Assembly: GCF_028290645.1 (NCBI RefSeq)
Contig: NZ_JAQGJL010000199.1
Location: forward strand, 523 to 64,522
Direction of reading: 5' to 3'
DNA length: 64,000 nt
Source: Devosia sp.
GTDB lineage: Bacteria > Pseudomonadota > Alphaproteobacteria > Rhizobiales > Devosiaceae
The position numbers and the translations under genes are program-made. The notes under the pieces are model-generated. The model made no database searches. It saw only the letters and a list, made by a program, of their open reading frames with translations, and was not told the origin of the DNA. Shown one piece after another: positions 16,822-25,899 of this stretch (its first letter is position 1; the number at the start of each line of letters is the position of its first letter).

Positions 16822-18467
16822 CAGCCTGACATCCCGCGGTTACGCTGCGCGGCAGCGACGGCCGCTGGCGCCTGGGTCTTGACCACCTGCACGGCGTTGG
16901 ACTCGGCTTGCTTCAGGATTTGCGCCACCAGCCCTTGGTCGAGACGGATCAGCACCTCGCTCTGCCCACCACCGCCGCCCCTCAAGGCATCACCACTGAG
17001 AGTGACGGGGATAGAGCGGCCGTCCGGGAGGGGCACAGCGGCTTCCGGCCCGGCGTCGCCGAAGATCGCAGGCCGGTCAGTGATGCCGCCATTGGCGAAC
17101 AGCCCGAGGCCATAGTCGACGCCAAGCTTTGGCGCTGGAGCGAACAGAGTTCCGCCGAACAACCCGCTGAAAAAGTTGGCAATGCTCGAGTTGAGCAGTT
17201 GCTTACCGATATCCATCAGTTCGCTGGCCAGCGCCTTCAGCGGGTCCACCCCGCTCATCACGGCATCGGCCATACTGGAGAACGAGTCCGCCAGCGTTTC
17301 GCCAATGGACGACGCGAAGTCCTCGACCTTGGGCTTGGCTTCGTCGAGACCGGCCATCAGGTCGACCACCGCAGTCTTCGCCGCGCCGGCGCCGGAAGTC
17401 AGCGACGAGAGGTCGGGCGGCTTGAGCGCCTTCCACATAGCGCCCGTGGAACCGAACGTGGTCGCGCCACCAAGCGCATCGAAGGTAGAATTTAGCACCG
17501 ACCCGGCTGCGCGATTTCTGTCCAACCAGCCTGGCGTGGATCGGTCCTCGACATTGCCGCTGCCCAGCGGCAGGACTTGCGGGCGCCCCTGAGTGGCGAC
17601 AAACGCCATGAACTGCTTCCAGCGAGTCTCAACCTGACCGATCCAGTTGATGACCTCCGTAAACGCGCTCACGATCGACGCGCCAAACTGCTGCGCTGCC
17701 TGCTGAAATGCGGGGGACGCGAGGAAATCGGCAAGGTTCTGTAGCGCTGGAAGCGCGCCCTCCATTACCTTGTTCGTCACCCCCTGGAGGATGGCACCGA
17801 TTACCGTGAGAGTGTCATTGAAGCGCTCCGCCGCCTTGGCCGTTTTGGTGCTGATCGTGATGCCGAGCCGGTCTGCCGCCGCCGCCGCTTCGTTGAGCCC
17901 CGCCCTTCCGGAATTGAGCAGCGGGATCAGTTCCGCACCAGACTTGCCAAAGAGTTGCATGGCGATCGACGTTTTAAGTGCGCCGTCTTCCAGCCTCGAA
18001 AGCTTGTCGGCGACATCGGCGAAGATCGCATCGTTTGCGCGCAGATTGCCGGCAGCATCCTTGATGCTGATACCCAAGGCGGCGAAGACCTGTGCCGGAC
18101 CGCTCTGGCTGTTGCCGGCCGCCTGCACTACCACCTGCGAGAACTTGCGCAGGCCGGTGGTCAGTCCCTCAAGTTCAACGTCCGACAGTTTGGCCGCGTA
18201 TTCGAGCCGAGACAACGCCTCGACCGACATGCCGATCTTCTGGCTGGCCTTGCCGAGTTCATCGGCGTGGTCGATCGCGCCCTTGATGGCGTCCGGGAAT
18301 GCCCGAGCCATCCGCCCCAGCGCCCGTCCGATGGTTTCGACGCCCAGTGTCAACTGGATGCCGAACTTGCTCAGCGCGCCCTGCGACTGCTTCAGGCCCA
18401 CCTGAAACTGTGCGGAGTCCAGCCCCAAGCTGACGCGGAGACTGCCGATTTGGGCACTTCCAGCCAT
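16821..18467 (-). CDS. tail tape measure protein
   Basis: 548 aa, Ala/Gly/Leu-rich helical sequence. Located immediately after the chaperone pair and before the distal tail genes. Confidence 0.85.
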   Translation of the reverse strand: MAGSAQIGSLRVSLGLDSAQFQVGLKQSQGALSKFGIQLTLGVETIGRALGRMARAFPDAIKGAIDHADELGKASQKIGMSVEALSRLEYAAKLSDVELEGLTTGLRKFSQVVVQAAGNSQSGPAQVFAALGISIKDAAGNLRANDAIFADVADKLSRLEDGALKTSIAMQLFGKSGAELIPLLNSGRAGLNEAAAAADRLGITISTKTAKAAERFNDTLTVIGAILQGVTNKVMEGALPALQNLADFLASPAFQQAAQQFGASIVSAFTEVINWIGQVETRWKQFMAFVATQGRPQVLPLGSGNVEDRSTPGWLDRNRAAGSVLNSTFDALGGATTFGSTGAMWKALKPPDLSSLTSGAGAAKTAVVDLMAGLDEAKPKVEDFASSIGETLADSFSSMADAVMSGVDPLKALASELMDIGKQLLNSSIANFFSGLFGGTLFAPAPKLGVDYGLGLFANGGITDRPAIFGDAGPEAAVPLPDGRSIPVTLSGDALRGGGGGQSEVLIRLDQGLVAQILKQAESNAVQVVKTQAPAAVAAAQRNRGMSG

Positions 18468-18797
18468 CTACTGCACCGTTGTTTTTGGAGGCATGGCCCA
18501 GAGCAGGGCGGCTTTGATTTCCTGCCACGGCCTGGCCCGCCGTGGGGCACCGACCTCGATCAGCAGGTCTTGCAACTTCGGCGGCTTGGCGAGGGTAGCG
18601 ACACGGCCAGCCCACCAGGCTTGCGTCATGCGGCCGTTATGTTCGTGCTGCAGGCGCTTGATCGCGCCCGATGCTATCGCCGCCCCTTCGCGGGGCGTCA
18701 GTTCCCAGTAGAGCGCCGGGTCGAGACCGAGAGAGACCCATCCGCTCAGGTCTTCGTCCCAGCTTTTCGCCCCGGCTTCTGAGGGCGCGCGGTGGTG
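18468..18797 (-). CDS. tail assembly chaperone, -1 frame extension (no own start codon; G/GT-type arrangement)
   Basis: Hand translation of the -1 frame gives ...SWDEDLSGWVSLGLDPALYWELTPREGAAIASGAIKRLQHEHNGRMTQAWWAGRVATLAKPPKLQDLLIEV...TVQ*. It is open from 18797 with no ATG/GTG/TTG in the first 56 codons. Its stop abuts the tape-measure ATG. Confidence 0.6.
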   Translation of the reverse strand, partial: HHRAPSEAGAKSWDEDLSGWVSLGLDPALYWELTPREGAAIASGAIKRLQHEHNGRMTQAWWAGRVATLAKPPKLQDLLIEVGAPRRARPWQEIKAALLWAMPPKTTVQ

Positions 18798-19102
18798 TCA
18801 GCCTGCGGAAAGGTGATGCGCAGCGCCTCGCCGATCTTCTCGCCAATGAGATCGTCGCCGGCCTCGTCCATCAGATCGCCGACCTGCATCAGATCCAGTT
18901 CAGGATGGTAGCGCTGCAGCCCTGCCCACAAGATCGCACGCATGACGACAATCTGCGGGTCGCTGGTGAGAGACTGCGCAATCTCGGGGAAGCCGCGACC
19001 GAGCAGCCCTTCGACGGAAGCAAGGGCGTTGCGCCCCAACTTGATGGTATAGGTCTTGCCGCCGACGGTGATGTCGACTTCGCCGCGAATGGGGTTCGCC
19101 AT
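18746..19102 (-). CDS. tail assembly chaperone (RcGTA g10-like, gene transfer agent family protein)
   Basis: MANPIRGEVDITVGGKTYTIKLGRNALASVEGLLG matches the characteristic N-terminus of GTA g10-type proteins. Follows the major tail gene. Confidence 0.75.
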   Translation of the reverse strand: MANPIRGEVDITVGGKTYTIKLGRNALASVEGLLGRGFPEIAQSLTSDPQIVVMRAILWAGLQRYHPELDLMQVGDLMDEAGDDLIGEKIGEALRITFPQADTTARPQKPGRKAGTKT

Positions 19103-19105
19103 CGG

Positions 19106-19531
19106 TTATGCCCAGGTCGGTTCGCCGGAGGGCGTGAACTCGATCGAGCCCGTCATCTTGCCATCGGGCGTCATGGCGCCGGGGCTGAAATCCGATATGC
19201 CGGCCTTGGTCGCGACCGAGCTGCCATCCGGGAACTCGAACTTCCAGAAGCTCATCGCCGCCGCCGTGAGGGCGGTCTTGATATCGCCGGTGAACGACGC
19301 GATCCAGTTGCATTCGACCGTGAACGGCTTCTGGTTCTTCACGCCACTCATGATCACCTCGCCCCAGCCGTTGGGGCTCGCCATGTGCGTGGCGTCGATC
19401 GCTGCGCGGGTGAACCCCGGGGCCGTGGCGTTGGTGATCTCGAGCCCCCAGTCGGTATAGGCGTCGCCGATCGCCGCCCCACCTTTCTTGAGCACGACGC
19501 CAAAGGCGATATCGGCTTCTGTTTCAGCCAT
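19106..19531 (-). CDS. major tail protein (TP901-1 / RcGTA g9-like)
   Basis: 141 aa with a beta-rich composition. Its position between the tail terminator genes and the chaperone is typical of this family. Confidence 0.8.
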   Translation of the reverse strand: MAETEADIAFGVVLKKGGAAIGDAYTDWGLEITNATAPGFTRAAIDATHMASPNGWGEVIMSGVKNQKPFTVECNWIASFTGDIKTALTAAAMSFWKFEFPDGSSVATKAGISDFSPGAMTPDGKMTGSIEFTPSGEPTWA

Positions 19532-19574
19532 TGCAGTTCTCCGTTGTCAGGGGTTGCGCGGCGAACCGCAAGGA

Positions 19575-19985
19575 TCAGAGCGTCACGCCGCTGATCTGGA
19601 TATTGAGGTCGAGGACGGACGCCGACTTCGCGACGCCGAGGATTACGACGGCATCGCTGGTGTTGAGGTCGGCCTGCGGGCAGATGCCGCCGGGGGTGGA
19701 ACTGAGGCAGTACGTCGTGCCCGGAACGAGCGTCCCGCCGACGGTGATGTCGCCGCCCTTCTGGATCGTGCCGGGCTGGCCGTTGGCGCCACCGTTGAGG
19801 GTGATGCCCACCGGCACCTTGGCGGCAGCCGTAGCCGAGTCATTGTCGGCGAGCTTGTACTTGCTGTCGGCCGCGTCCTCATAGACGACTTGGCCGGCCG
19901 CAAGGGTCGCACCGAATGTACCGTGTTCGATGCGCGCGTCGGCGCCCTGCAGCACGTTGGCCGCAGTGATCGAGATATCTGCCAT
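19575..19985 (-). CDS. hypothetical phage structural protein (beta-rich, DUF2190-like composition)
   Basis: 136-aa ORF with an ATG start, between the DUF3168-like and major tail genes. Confidence 0.5.
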   Translation of the reverse strand: MADISITAANVLQGADARIEHGTFGATLAAGQVVYEDAADSKYKLADNDSATAAAKVPVGITLNGGANGQPGTIQKGGDITVGGTLVPGTTYCLSSTPGGICPQADLNTSDAVVILGVAKSASVLDLNIQISGVTL

Positions 19986-19995
19986 TGATTTTCTC

Positions 19996-20394
19996 CTATG
20001 CGGTCAAGCCGCTCCAAACGTCCCAATCCGTCGAAGACCGATGCAGCAGCACCGTGCCGGGCTTGTCGGAATCCTGCCGATCCCCGATGAGGAAGATGCC
20101 CCGGAAGGACACTGTGCCCTGCACCCCGCGATAGCCGTGCAGCAGCGCCACCAGGGCGTCGCGCACAGCCCACATGGAGGCTACGGTTTCGGCCCGCACG
20201 TCGATCTGCACCGTGGCATTCGTCAGTCGGTCGCTGCCCTGCATATGGATGCCGGGGCCGCCACTGATGCGGTAGAGGACGATGGCCGGGTTGGGGGTAT
20301 CCTGCGGCAAGTGGTTCCAGACGATGCGTGCGGCTGGGACAAGCGCGGTCAGCGGCGCATGGCCGATGAGCAACGAGCGGAGCGCGGCCTCCAT
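19996..20394 (-). CDS. tail completion/terminator protein (DUF3168-like, RcGTA g8 position)
   Basis: ATG at 20394 (MEAALRSLLIGHAPLTALVPAARIVWNHLPQDTPNPAIVLYRISG); the listed start is GTG at 20409. Confidence 0.7.
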   Translation of the reverse strand: MEAALRSLLIGHAPLTALVPAARIVWNHLPQDTPNPAIVLYRISGGPGIHMQGSDRLTNATVQIDVRAETVASMWAVRDALVALLHGYRGVQGTVSFRGIFLIGDRQDSDKPGTVLLHRSSTDWDVWSGLTA

Positions 20395-20500
20395 TAGAGA
20401 CGAAACCACTCGCGCCAGCCGTCAACAGATCGGAGGCTGAGCAAAATCCTGCCATTAGACGCGCGTTGCGCCCGCCATTGCCAGATAGGAAGTATCCGTT

Positions 20501-20980
20501 TCACCCTGCCCTCGCTGCCTTTGCCGCCCGGCGCTTCGCGATCCGTGTGGCTGTCTTCTCGATCTCAGGCCCGAGCTCGTCGGCGACGATCCTGATCGCG
20601 CCGTCGGCGTTGGCGTCGAAGGCTGGCCGCATGAACGACTGTGGCCCGTGGCTCACGGTGCCGAATTCCTGCATCACGCCCGCGGGATCGTTCGTGCCCA
20701 TGTAGACGGTGACAAGCGCCTTGCCCTCGTCCTTCCGCGCCATTGCCGACTGCCGCTTGTTCAGTTTCGTGCCGACGGTGATGGATGCCTTGAGGTCGTT
20801 GCCCTGCGTGGCCGGATCATCCGGTGCCAGCGATCGAGCGGTCTCCGCCATCGGCTGCAAAGCCTTGGCACCTACGCGGCGAAGCACCGCCTTGCCGGCA
20901 GCCTTGCCATACTCAGACGCCAGCGCACCGAGTGCGGCGTCCAACTCGCGCAGCCCATCGACCTTGACGGTGGTCTTCAC
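20501..20980 (-). CDS. HK97 gp10-family head-tail joining protein
   Basis: MKTTVKVDGLRELDAALGAL...QEFGTVSHGPQSFMRPAFD is the typical gp10-family pattern. Confidence 0.8.
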   Translation of the reverse strand: MKTTVKVDGLRELDAALGALASEYGKAAGKAVLRRVGAKALQPMAETARSLAPDDPATQGNDLKASITVGTKLNKRQSAMARKDEGKALVTVYMGTNDPAGVMQEFGTVSHGPQSFMRPAFDANADGAIRIVADELGPEIEKTATRIAKRRAAKAARAG

Positions 20981-21312
20981 TCGTCGGCCCTCGCCGAAGC
21001 AGCGATGCGCAAACCCTCGCGCCGGCCGATCTCGTCAACGGTGGCAATTTCGTAAGTGCGACCCTCGTAAACGAGCCTGTCCTTGGCATCGAGGTCCGAC
21101 CAGGACGAGTCCCACCTGGTCTCGAATATGTCCGTCACCTCTGCCGAGACTTCTGCCGCCGCGAGGGTTTCACGCGCCGATGCGCGGCGGCGTGATGCCC
21201 ACACCGGCGGCACGATCTGCGCCCAGGTCTTGACCTGTTCGCCGGAGCCGGCGTCCGTGGTGAAGGTGAACCGCTCGAGGGTGATCTTGCGGTCGAGCCG
21301 TTCGGGCTTCAT
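20977..21312 (-). CDS. head-tail adaptor (head closure, SPP1 gp16-like)
   Basis: ATG at 21312 overlaps the upstream stop by 1 nt. MKPERLDRKITLERFTFTTDAGSGEQVKTWAQI... Confidence 0.75.
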   Translation of the reverse strand: MKPERLDRKITLERFTFTTDAGSGEQVKTWAQIVPPVWASRRRASARETLAAAEVSAEVTDIFETRWDSSWSDLDAKDRLVYEGRTYEIATVDEIGRREGLRIAASARADE

Positions 21313-21860
21313 CAAACGCTCCACACCTTGAGCGATGACACCAGCCAGTTGATGGTTTCGCGCCGCTTCTCAGGCTCTTCGTGGTCGAGCGTCATCTTCA
21401 CGTGGAGGATGATGGCGGTCTTCATCAGCGCAATGCGGGGATCGTCTGCGTCCTCGATGCCGACCTGATAGGCGGCCGTCACCGCCTCTGCGCGGGAATA
21501 GGTGCTGGGCCAGCTCTGGTCCGGGACGAGCACCAGGCGCCCATCGCTGAGCAGCGCATAGACATCGCTGTCGAGCGTCTGCTCAGCGCCGTCATCGTCG
21601 AGATAAGTCAGCGTCACCGGTGCGATCACGGGACCGGCCGGCAACTGCATGGCGTTGCAGAAGCGGTCGAAGCGAACCTCGACCGTCTGCTGAGCGACGG
21701 AGATCCCCACCCAGCCCTTCGGGCCGTCGAGTTCCGACTGAGCGGCAAGAATAAGCCCCTCGATCAGTTCGTCGCGGTCCGAGCCGGACTCGCCCAAGGC
21801 GGTTTTCGCCTCGTCGAGCGTGACCAGCGGTTCGGGCTGGGTGGTGACCGTCAGGCGCAT
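21312..21860 (-). CDS. head-tail connector (gp6-like)
   Basis: ATG at 21860 (MRLTVTTQPEPLVTLDEAKTALGESGSDRDELIEGLILAAQSEL), the typical N-terminal motif of phage gp6-like connectors. Confidence 0.7.
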   Translation of the reverse strand: MRLTVTTQPEPLVTLDEAKTALGESGSDRDELIEGLILAAQSELDGPKGWVGISVAQQTVEVRFDRFCNAMQLPAGPVIAPVTLTYLDDDGAEQTLDSDVYALLSDGRLVLVPDQSWPSTYSRAEAVTAAYQVGIEDADDPRIALMKTAIILHVKMTLDHEEPEKRRETINWLVSSLKVWSV

Positions 21861-21864
21861 TGGA

Positions 21865-22227
21865 TCAGTCGACCAGCACGTGGAAGGCGCCAACCTTCGT
21901 CGCGCCGCCCTGAGCGATGACGATCTTCACGCGGTCATTCGCGAGCGCGATCTTGTCTTGCACGGCAGTGCCGGCAGCCGCGTAAAGGGAAGCAACGCCG
22001 ACCTGTGAGTGCGTGGCGAGACGCGGGGCCCGGACGGCCGAAGCGTTCACGTCGGACTCGGCCCAGAGACCAACGCCGGTCGCCTCGCCGGTGATGGTGA
22101 AGTCGACGCCGTTGGCGTAATCGGTCTTCACGTACTCGATCTGGTGGATTTTCCCGCTCAGGCGGGGGGTGTAAGCCGTCGCGGTGCCGTCGGCGGCAGT
22201 GGTGACGGTGACTTTGTAGCGCTTCAT
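21865..22227 (-). CDS. hypothetical head-associated protein
   Basis: 120-aa beta-rich ORF two genes downstream of the capsid gene. Confidence 0.5.
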   Translation of the reverse strand: MKRYKVTVTTAADGTATAYTPRLSGKIHQIEYVKTDYANGVDFTITGEATGVGLWAESDVNASAVRAPRLATHSQVGVASLYAAAGTAVQDKIALANDRVKIVIAQGGATKVGAFHVLVD

Positions 22228-22274
22228 GGAAGTCTCCTTATGGCGCCGCAGCGCCGGTTAAGCGGGACGGAGAG

Positions 22275-22562
22275 CTACTTGCTCTTCGACTTCCGCGGGC
22301 TGGCGGCCTTGTTCGCCGGAGCGGGTTCGGCCTTGTTGAGGGGGGCTGGTTCGGCTTTCTCGGCTGCCGGGGCAGCGCCGCCGGTTTCGCCATTGTCGTC
22401 ATGATCGCCATTGCCGCCGAAAGCGGCCGGGCCGATCTCCTCGAGCACATGCGGGACCAGGTGTTTCACATCGTCGGACCGCGCCGTGCGGGTCTGGCCT
22501 TCCTCGTACATGCGGTCGCCTTCATGGCGACGCACCACGCGGTAATTCATCAGCTTGGACAT
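22275..22562 (-). CDS. hypothetical phage protein with acidic/Pro-Ala-Lys-rich tail
   Basis: ATG at 22562 preceded by AAGGAG RBS. MSKLMNYRVVRRHEGDRMYEEGQTRT... Confidence 0.5.
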   Translation of the reverse strand: MSKLMNYRVVRRHEGDRMYEEGQTRTARSDDVKHLVPHVLEEIGPAAFGGNGDHDDNGETGGAAPAAEKAEPAPLNKAEPAPANKAASPRKSKSK

Positions 22563-22628
22563 GGGGGCTCCTTTCGGCTCATGAGGGTGGCGGCCGGTGA
22601 GGTCCGCCACCCGTGATCAGCCGACGGG

Positions 22629-23945
22629 TTACGCCGCGAGGGCGGTATCGAAGTCGCCGTAGATGAAGGCTTCCGGGCGATAGACAGCGAGAGCAACGCG
22701 CTCTTCGGCCAGCACGGTGACGAGGTTCTTGATGAAGTCGTCTTCGTTCTCGGTCGCCACTTCGACGCGAGCCGCCCAGCGATCGAACACCTGCGCACCG
22801 AGCTTGAAGGCGCCGGTGAGGAACTTCCTGACGGTGATCGACTGGGTGGCGACAACCGGCAGGCCCCACAGGGTCGGCGTGGTGGTGCCCTGCGGATTGC
22901 CGATGATGTACCGGCCTTCGCCGTCCTTCAGGGTCTCGATCGAGGCCCAGTCGGTCGGGTGCAGGACGTGGCCGCTCGCCGGATATTCCGCCAATGCCGC
23001 CTGCAGCATCGCGAGCCGGAGCACGTCGATGATGTTGAGGTCGGCGAGCGACACCGGAGCCGAGTAGGCCGTGGCCTGCGGGATGATGCCGTTCAGGTTC
23101 TGGCCGGTATTGTCACCGTTCAGCAACTGGCTCTCTTCCTTGTAGGCAAGGCCGTAGAGCAGGCGCTGGTCGATGATGGAGCGGAGCTGCGAAATATCGC
23201 TCAGCACCTGGCGCGAAGCCTTCATGTAGTGCGCGATGACCTTCGCCGAGGTCGAAACCAGATCGAGCTGGATATCGGACGACGGCTTGGCCGCACCTTC
23301 CGCCACCATGCCGGCGTTGTTGGTGAAGCCGGTTTCCTTGACGTATTCCAGCGTCGAGCCGTCCATCTGCCCCTGCGAGAGGAGGTCACGGACGGTCATG
23401 CGGCGCTGCGGCAGCGGCAGGATACCCGGCAGGCGGGTGGTCTGGATGGCATCGCCAACCGAACCTCCGGCGGCAGTGGTGAGCGAGGTCAGCGTGGTCT
23501 TGGCCTGCAGGTCGATCCGACCGCGGGGGTTGGCCTGGGCCAGGAATTCCTTGACCTTGGGGTCCTCGGCGAAGAGCTCGCCCATGGACTTCTCACGCTG
23601 GGGCTGTCCGCCGCCACCCTCGAGCAGCTTCTGCTCCAGCGTGGCAAACTGCTCGGTCAGCTTGGCGTTCATCTTGGTGAGCGACTCGTCGACCTCGGTC
23701 TTGAGCGCCTCGAGCTTCTCGCCCTTGGCGGCCTTGCCGACGAACTCCTCGAACTTCTCGCGGAGCGGGTCGACGGCCTCCTTGATGGCCTTGGCCTGCT
23801 CTTCCTTCAGTTCGGTCGCCAGTTCGGCGACGGTCTTCCTACCGTCGGGCGGATCGAACACGACGATCGGGGCGCCGAGGAAGCGGTGATAAGGCATGGC
23901 CACGGTGGCGAGCGCGGCCAGCCCAAGAATCGCGATGCGCGACAT
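22629..23945 (-). CDS. major capsid protein, HK97 family (with N-terminal delta/scaffold-like coiled coil)
   Basis: 438 aa with a GGAGA RBS. Coiled-coil N-terminal region (LKEEQAKAIKEAVDPLREKFEEF...) followed by an HK97-fold-like body. Follows the prohead protease. Confidence 0.9.
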   Translation of the reverse strand: MSRIAILGLAALATVAMPYHRFLGAPIVVFDPPDGRKTVAELATELKEEQAKAIKEAVDPLREKFEEFVGKAAKGEKLEALKTEVDESLTKMNAKLTEQFATLEQKLLEGGGGQPQREKSMGELFAEDPKVKEFLAQANPRGRIDLQAKTTLTSLTTAAGGSVGDAIQTTRLPGILPLPQRRMTVRDLLSQGQMDGSTLEYVKETGFTNNAGMVAEGAAKPSSDIQLDLVSTSAKVIAHYMKASRQVLSDISQLRSIIDQRLLYGLAYKEESQLLNGDNTGQNLNGIIPQATAYSAPVSLADLNIIDVLRLAMLQAALAEYPASGHVLHPTDWASIETLKDGEGRYIIGNPQGTTTPTLWGLPVVATQSITVRKFLTGAFKLGAQVFDRWAARVEVATENEDDFIKNLVTVLAEERVALAVYRPEAFIYGDFDTALAA

Positions 23946-23977
23946 GGGTATTCTCCAGAAATGTGGGTTGCAGGGGT

Positions 23978-24664
23978 TTAGGCGCTCAGTGCCTGAAGGA
24001 ACTTCAGCGCTTCGTCCGCCTCGTCACCGGGATCCCCCCGGAGATGCGGCGTTGCCTTGGCGGCCAGAGCCGTTGCCAAGGCCTTCGAGAACCCTGCATC
24101 CCGCAGGAATTCTTCGAACTCACGGACAGTCGGCAGCTTGCCGTCGTCCAGAATGGATTTGACCGTCGTCACCCGCGCCTGAATGTTCATCGGCATGGTG
24201 ACGAGGGAGATTTCGCGGAGGTCGATCTTGACCAGCTTGGTTACGCCCGGCCGCTTCTCGTGCGGCTCGGCGCCGCCGGCGGGGATGCCGTAGCCGATCG
24301 ACATGCCGCCGAGCGCCTTGGCCTTTAGTAGGCCATGGGCGCGCTTCGCCAGCGGGTCGGCATCGATCAGCAGCTGGCCTTTGACCCACAGGCCCTTCTT
24401 GTCCTCGGCGATGTCCTTCCAAATGCCGATCGGCTCGCGCTGATCGTGCTGCCAAAGCATCGGGATGGTGCGGCCATCGTTCTTCGCCTTCACCACGCTC
24501 TCGATGAACGCGCCAGGCTCGACAACATCGCCGCCCTGGTCGACGTTGCCGAACGTGCTGGCATAGCCCTCGAACTCGCCCTCGGCGCTGACATCCTTGG
24601 TTTCGATGTCGAGCCGGTAATCGAGCGACTTCAGCGACCCGATGTCCTTGGTGAAGAGCTTCAT
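23978..24664 (-). CDS. prohead protease, HK97 family
   Basis: ATG at 24664 forms an ATGA overlap with the portal stop. MKLFTKDIGSLKSLDYRLDIETKDVSAEGEFEGYASTFGNVDQGGDVV is a typical HK97 protease N-terminus. Confidence 0.9.
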   Translation of the reverse strand: MKLFTKDIGSLKSLDYRLDIETKDVSAEGEFEGYASTFGNVDQGGDVVEPGAFIESVVKAKNDGRTIPMLWQHDQREPIGIWKDIAEDKKGLWVKGQLLIDADPLAKRAHGLLKAKALGGMSIGYGIPAGGAEPHEKRPGVTKLVKIDLREISLVTMPMNIQARVTTVKSILDDGKLPTVREFEEFLRDAGFSKALATALAAKATPHLRGDPGDEADEALKFLQALSA

Positions 24665-25899
24665 GGGGTGGTCTCCTTCGGCGGAGGAAGTGCGGCCGGT
24701 TGCGGCGCAGTGGTGATGAGTTGGATGGGCTCGTCCCAACCGGGGACCGGCTCGAGGTTTTCCAGCCGGCGGACTTCGTTTCGGAGCATCCAGCCCGGTT
24801 TCTGTGTGTCGCCGAGAGCCGCGGTGTAGAACGCGGACCGGCCGGCGCTGTCTCCGCGCAGCAGCCCTTCAAGGTTGAACTCGATGATGATCCCGGCGGC
24901 GCGATCCTCCGGCGTAAGAAGTTGCTTTTCCAGCGCCTGTTCGATCCGTTTGACTCGGCGACGAAGGGTGTACTTCTCGAAGCCGAGCGTGACTTCCTGA
25001 ACACCGGTCCCCCAACTGCTGGTCTTCTCGCCGTGCCCAATCATGATCGGCGGCGTGCCGAAGAAGCGGCAAACCTCCTCCACGCTGAAGCCGCGCGACT
25101 GCAGCATCTGAGCGTCGTCGGGATTGATGCCGAGTTGCGCCCAGTCCGTGCCGCCTTCCAGCACCAAGGGCCGGCCGCTGTTCATGGCGCCCATGAACTT
25201 CTCGGTCAGTTTCGTCTCAACAATGTCGCGCTGCTCGGTGGTGAGAAACTTCTCGAATTTCAGCACGCCCGACGGACGGAGCCCATTTCGGAACGTCGAC
25301 CCGGCCGCCCTGTCGATGGCGATGGCCAAGCCGAAGGCACGGGCGCCGAAAGCGAGCGTCGACATGCCGCCGAGCGGGTTGCCGCCGAAGCCGCGAATAT
25401 GCAGCACGTCGTCGCTGGTCAACTCGAATGAACGGCCGTCCTCTGTCCAGCGATAGAGCAGCCGGCCGTTGCCAATGCTCTCCACCGTCGGCAGATCGGG
25501 CATGATCGGCATCAATCCGACCACCCGGTCGCCGCTGCGAACCTTGCGGGCGTAGGCATTGCCCCAAAGCTCGAGGCTGGCGCACATAAACTCCCAGAAG
25601 TCGAGCGACGTTTGCAGGCTGTTCGGGCTGTCGTGCAGCACTCGGTAGAGCGGGTGCGAAGTTGCCAATGAGCGGGCGCCCTTGGCATCCGTGCTGTAGA
25701 TCATCAACGGCAGCGCCGCGATGGTGCCGGCGATGAGGTTGACACATGCCCACACTGCCGAGAGCCCGAGCACGCTGTTCGCCGTCACCGCCTCGCCAGT
25801 TGGCGCGTTCGTGTCGCGATTGCGCCAATGCTCCGGGTCGCGGATGGACATCGGCGTGCCCTTGACCAGCATCTGCAGGGCGGCCTTGATGCGGTTCAT
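24661..25899 (-). CDS. portal protein, HK97 family
   Basis: 412 aa, overlaps the TerL stop by 4 nt. Canonical order TerL-portal-protease-capsid. Confidence 0.9.
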   Translation of the reverse strand: MNRIKAALQMLVKGTPMSIRDPEHWRNRDTNAPTGEAVTANSVLGLSAVWACVNLIAGTIAALPLMIYSTDAKGARSLATSHPLYRVLHDSPNSLQTSLDFWEFMCASLELWGNAYARKVRSGDRVVGLMPIMPDLPTVESIGNGRLLYRWTEDGRSFELTSDDVLHIRGFGGNPLGGMSTLAFGARAFGLAIAIDRAAGSTFRNGLRPSGVLKFEKFLTTEQRDIVETKLTEKFMGAMNSGRPLVLEGGTDWAQLGINPDDAQMLQSRGFSVEEVCRFFGTPPIMIGHGEKTSSWGTGVQEVTLGFEKYTLRRRVKRIEQALEKQLLTPEDRAAGIIIEFNLEGLLRGDSAGRSAFYTAALGDTQKPGWMLRNEVRRLENLEPVPGWDEPIQLITTAPQPAALPPPKETTP

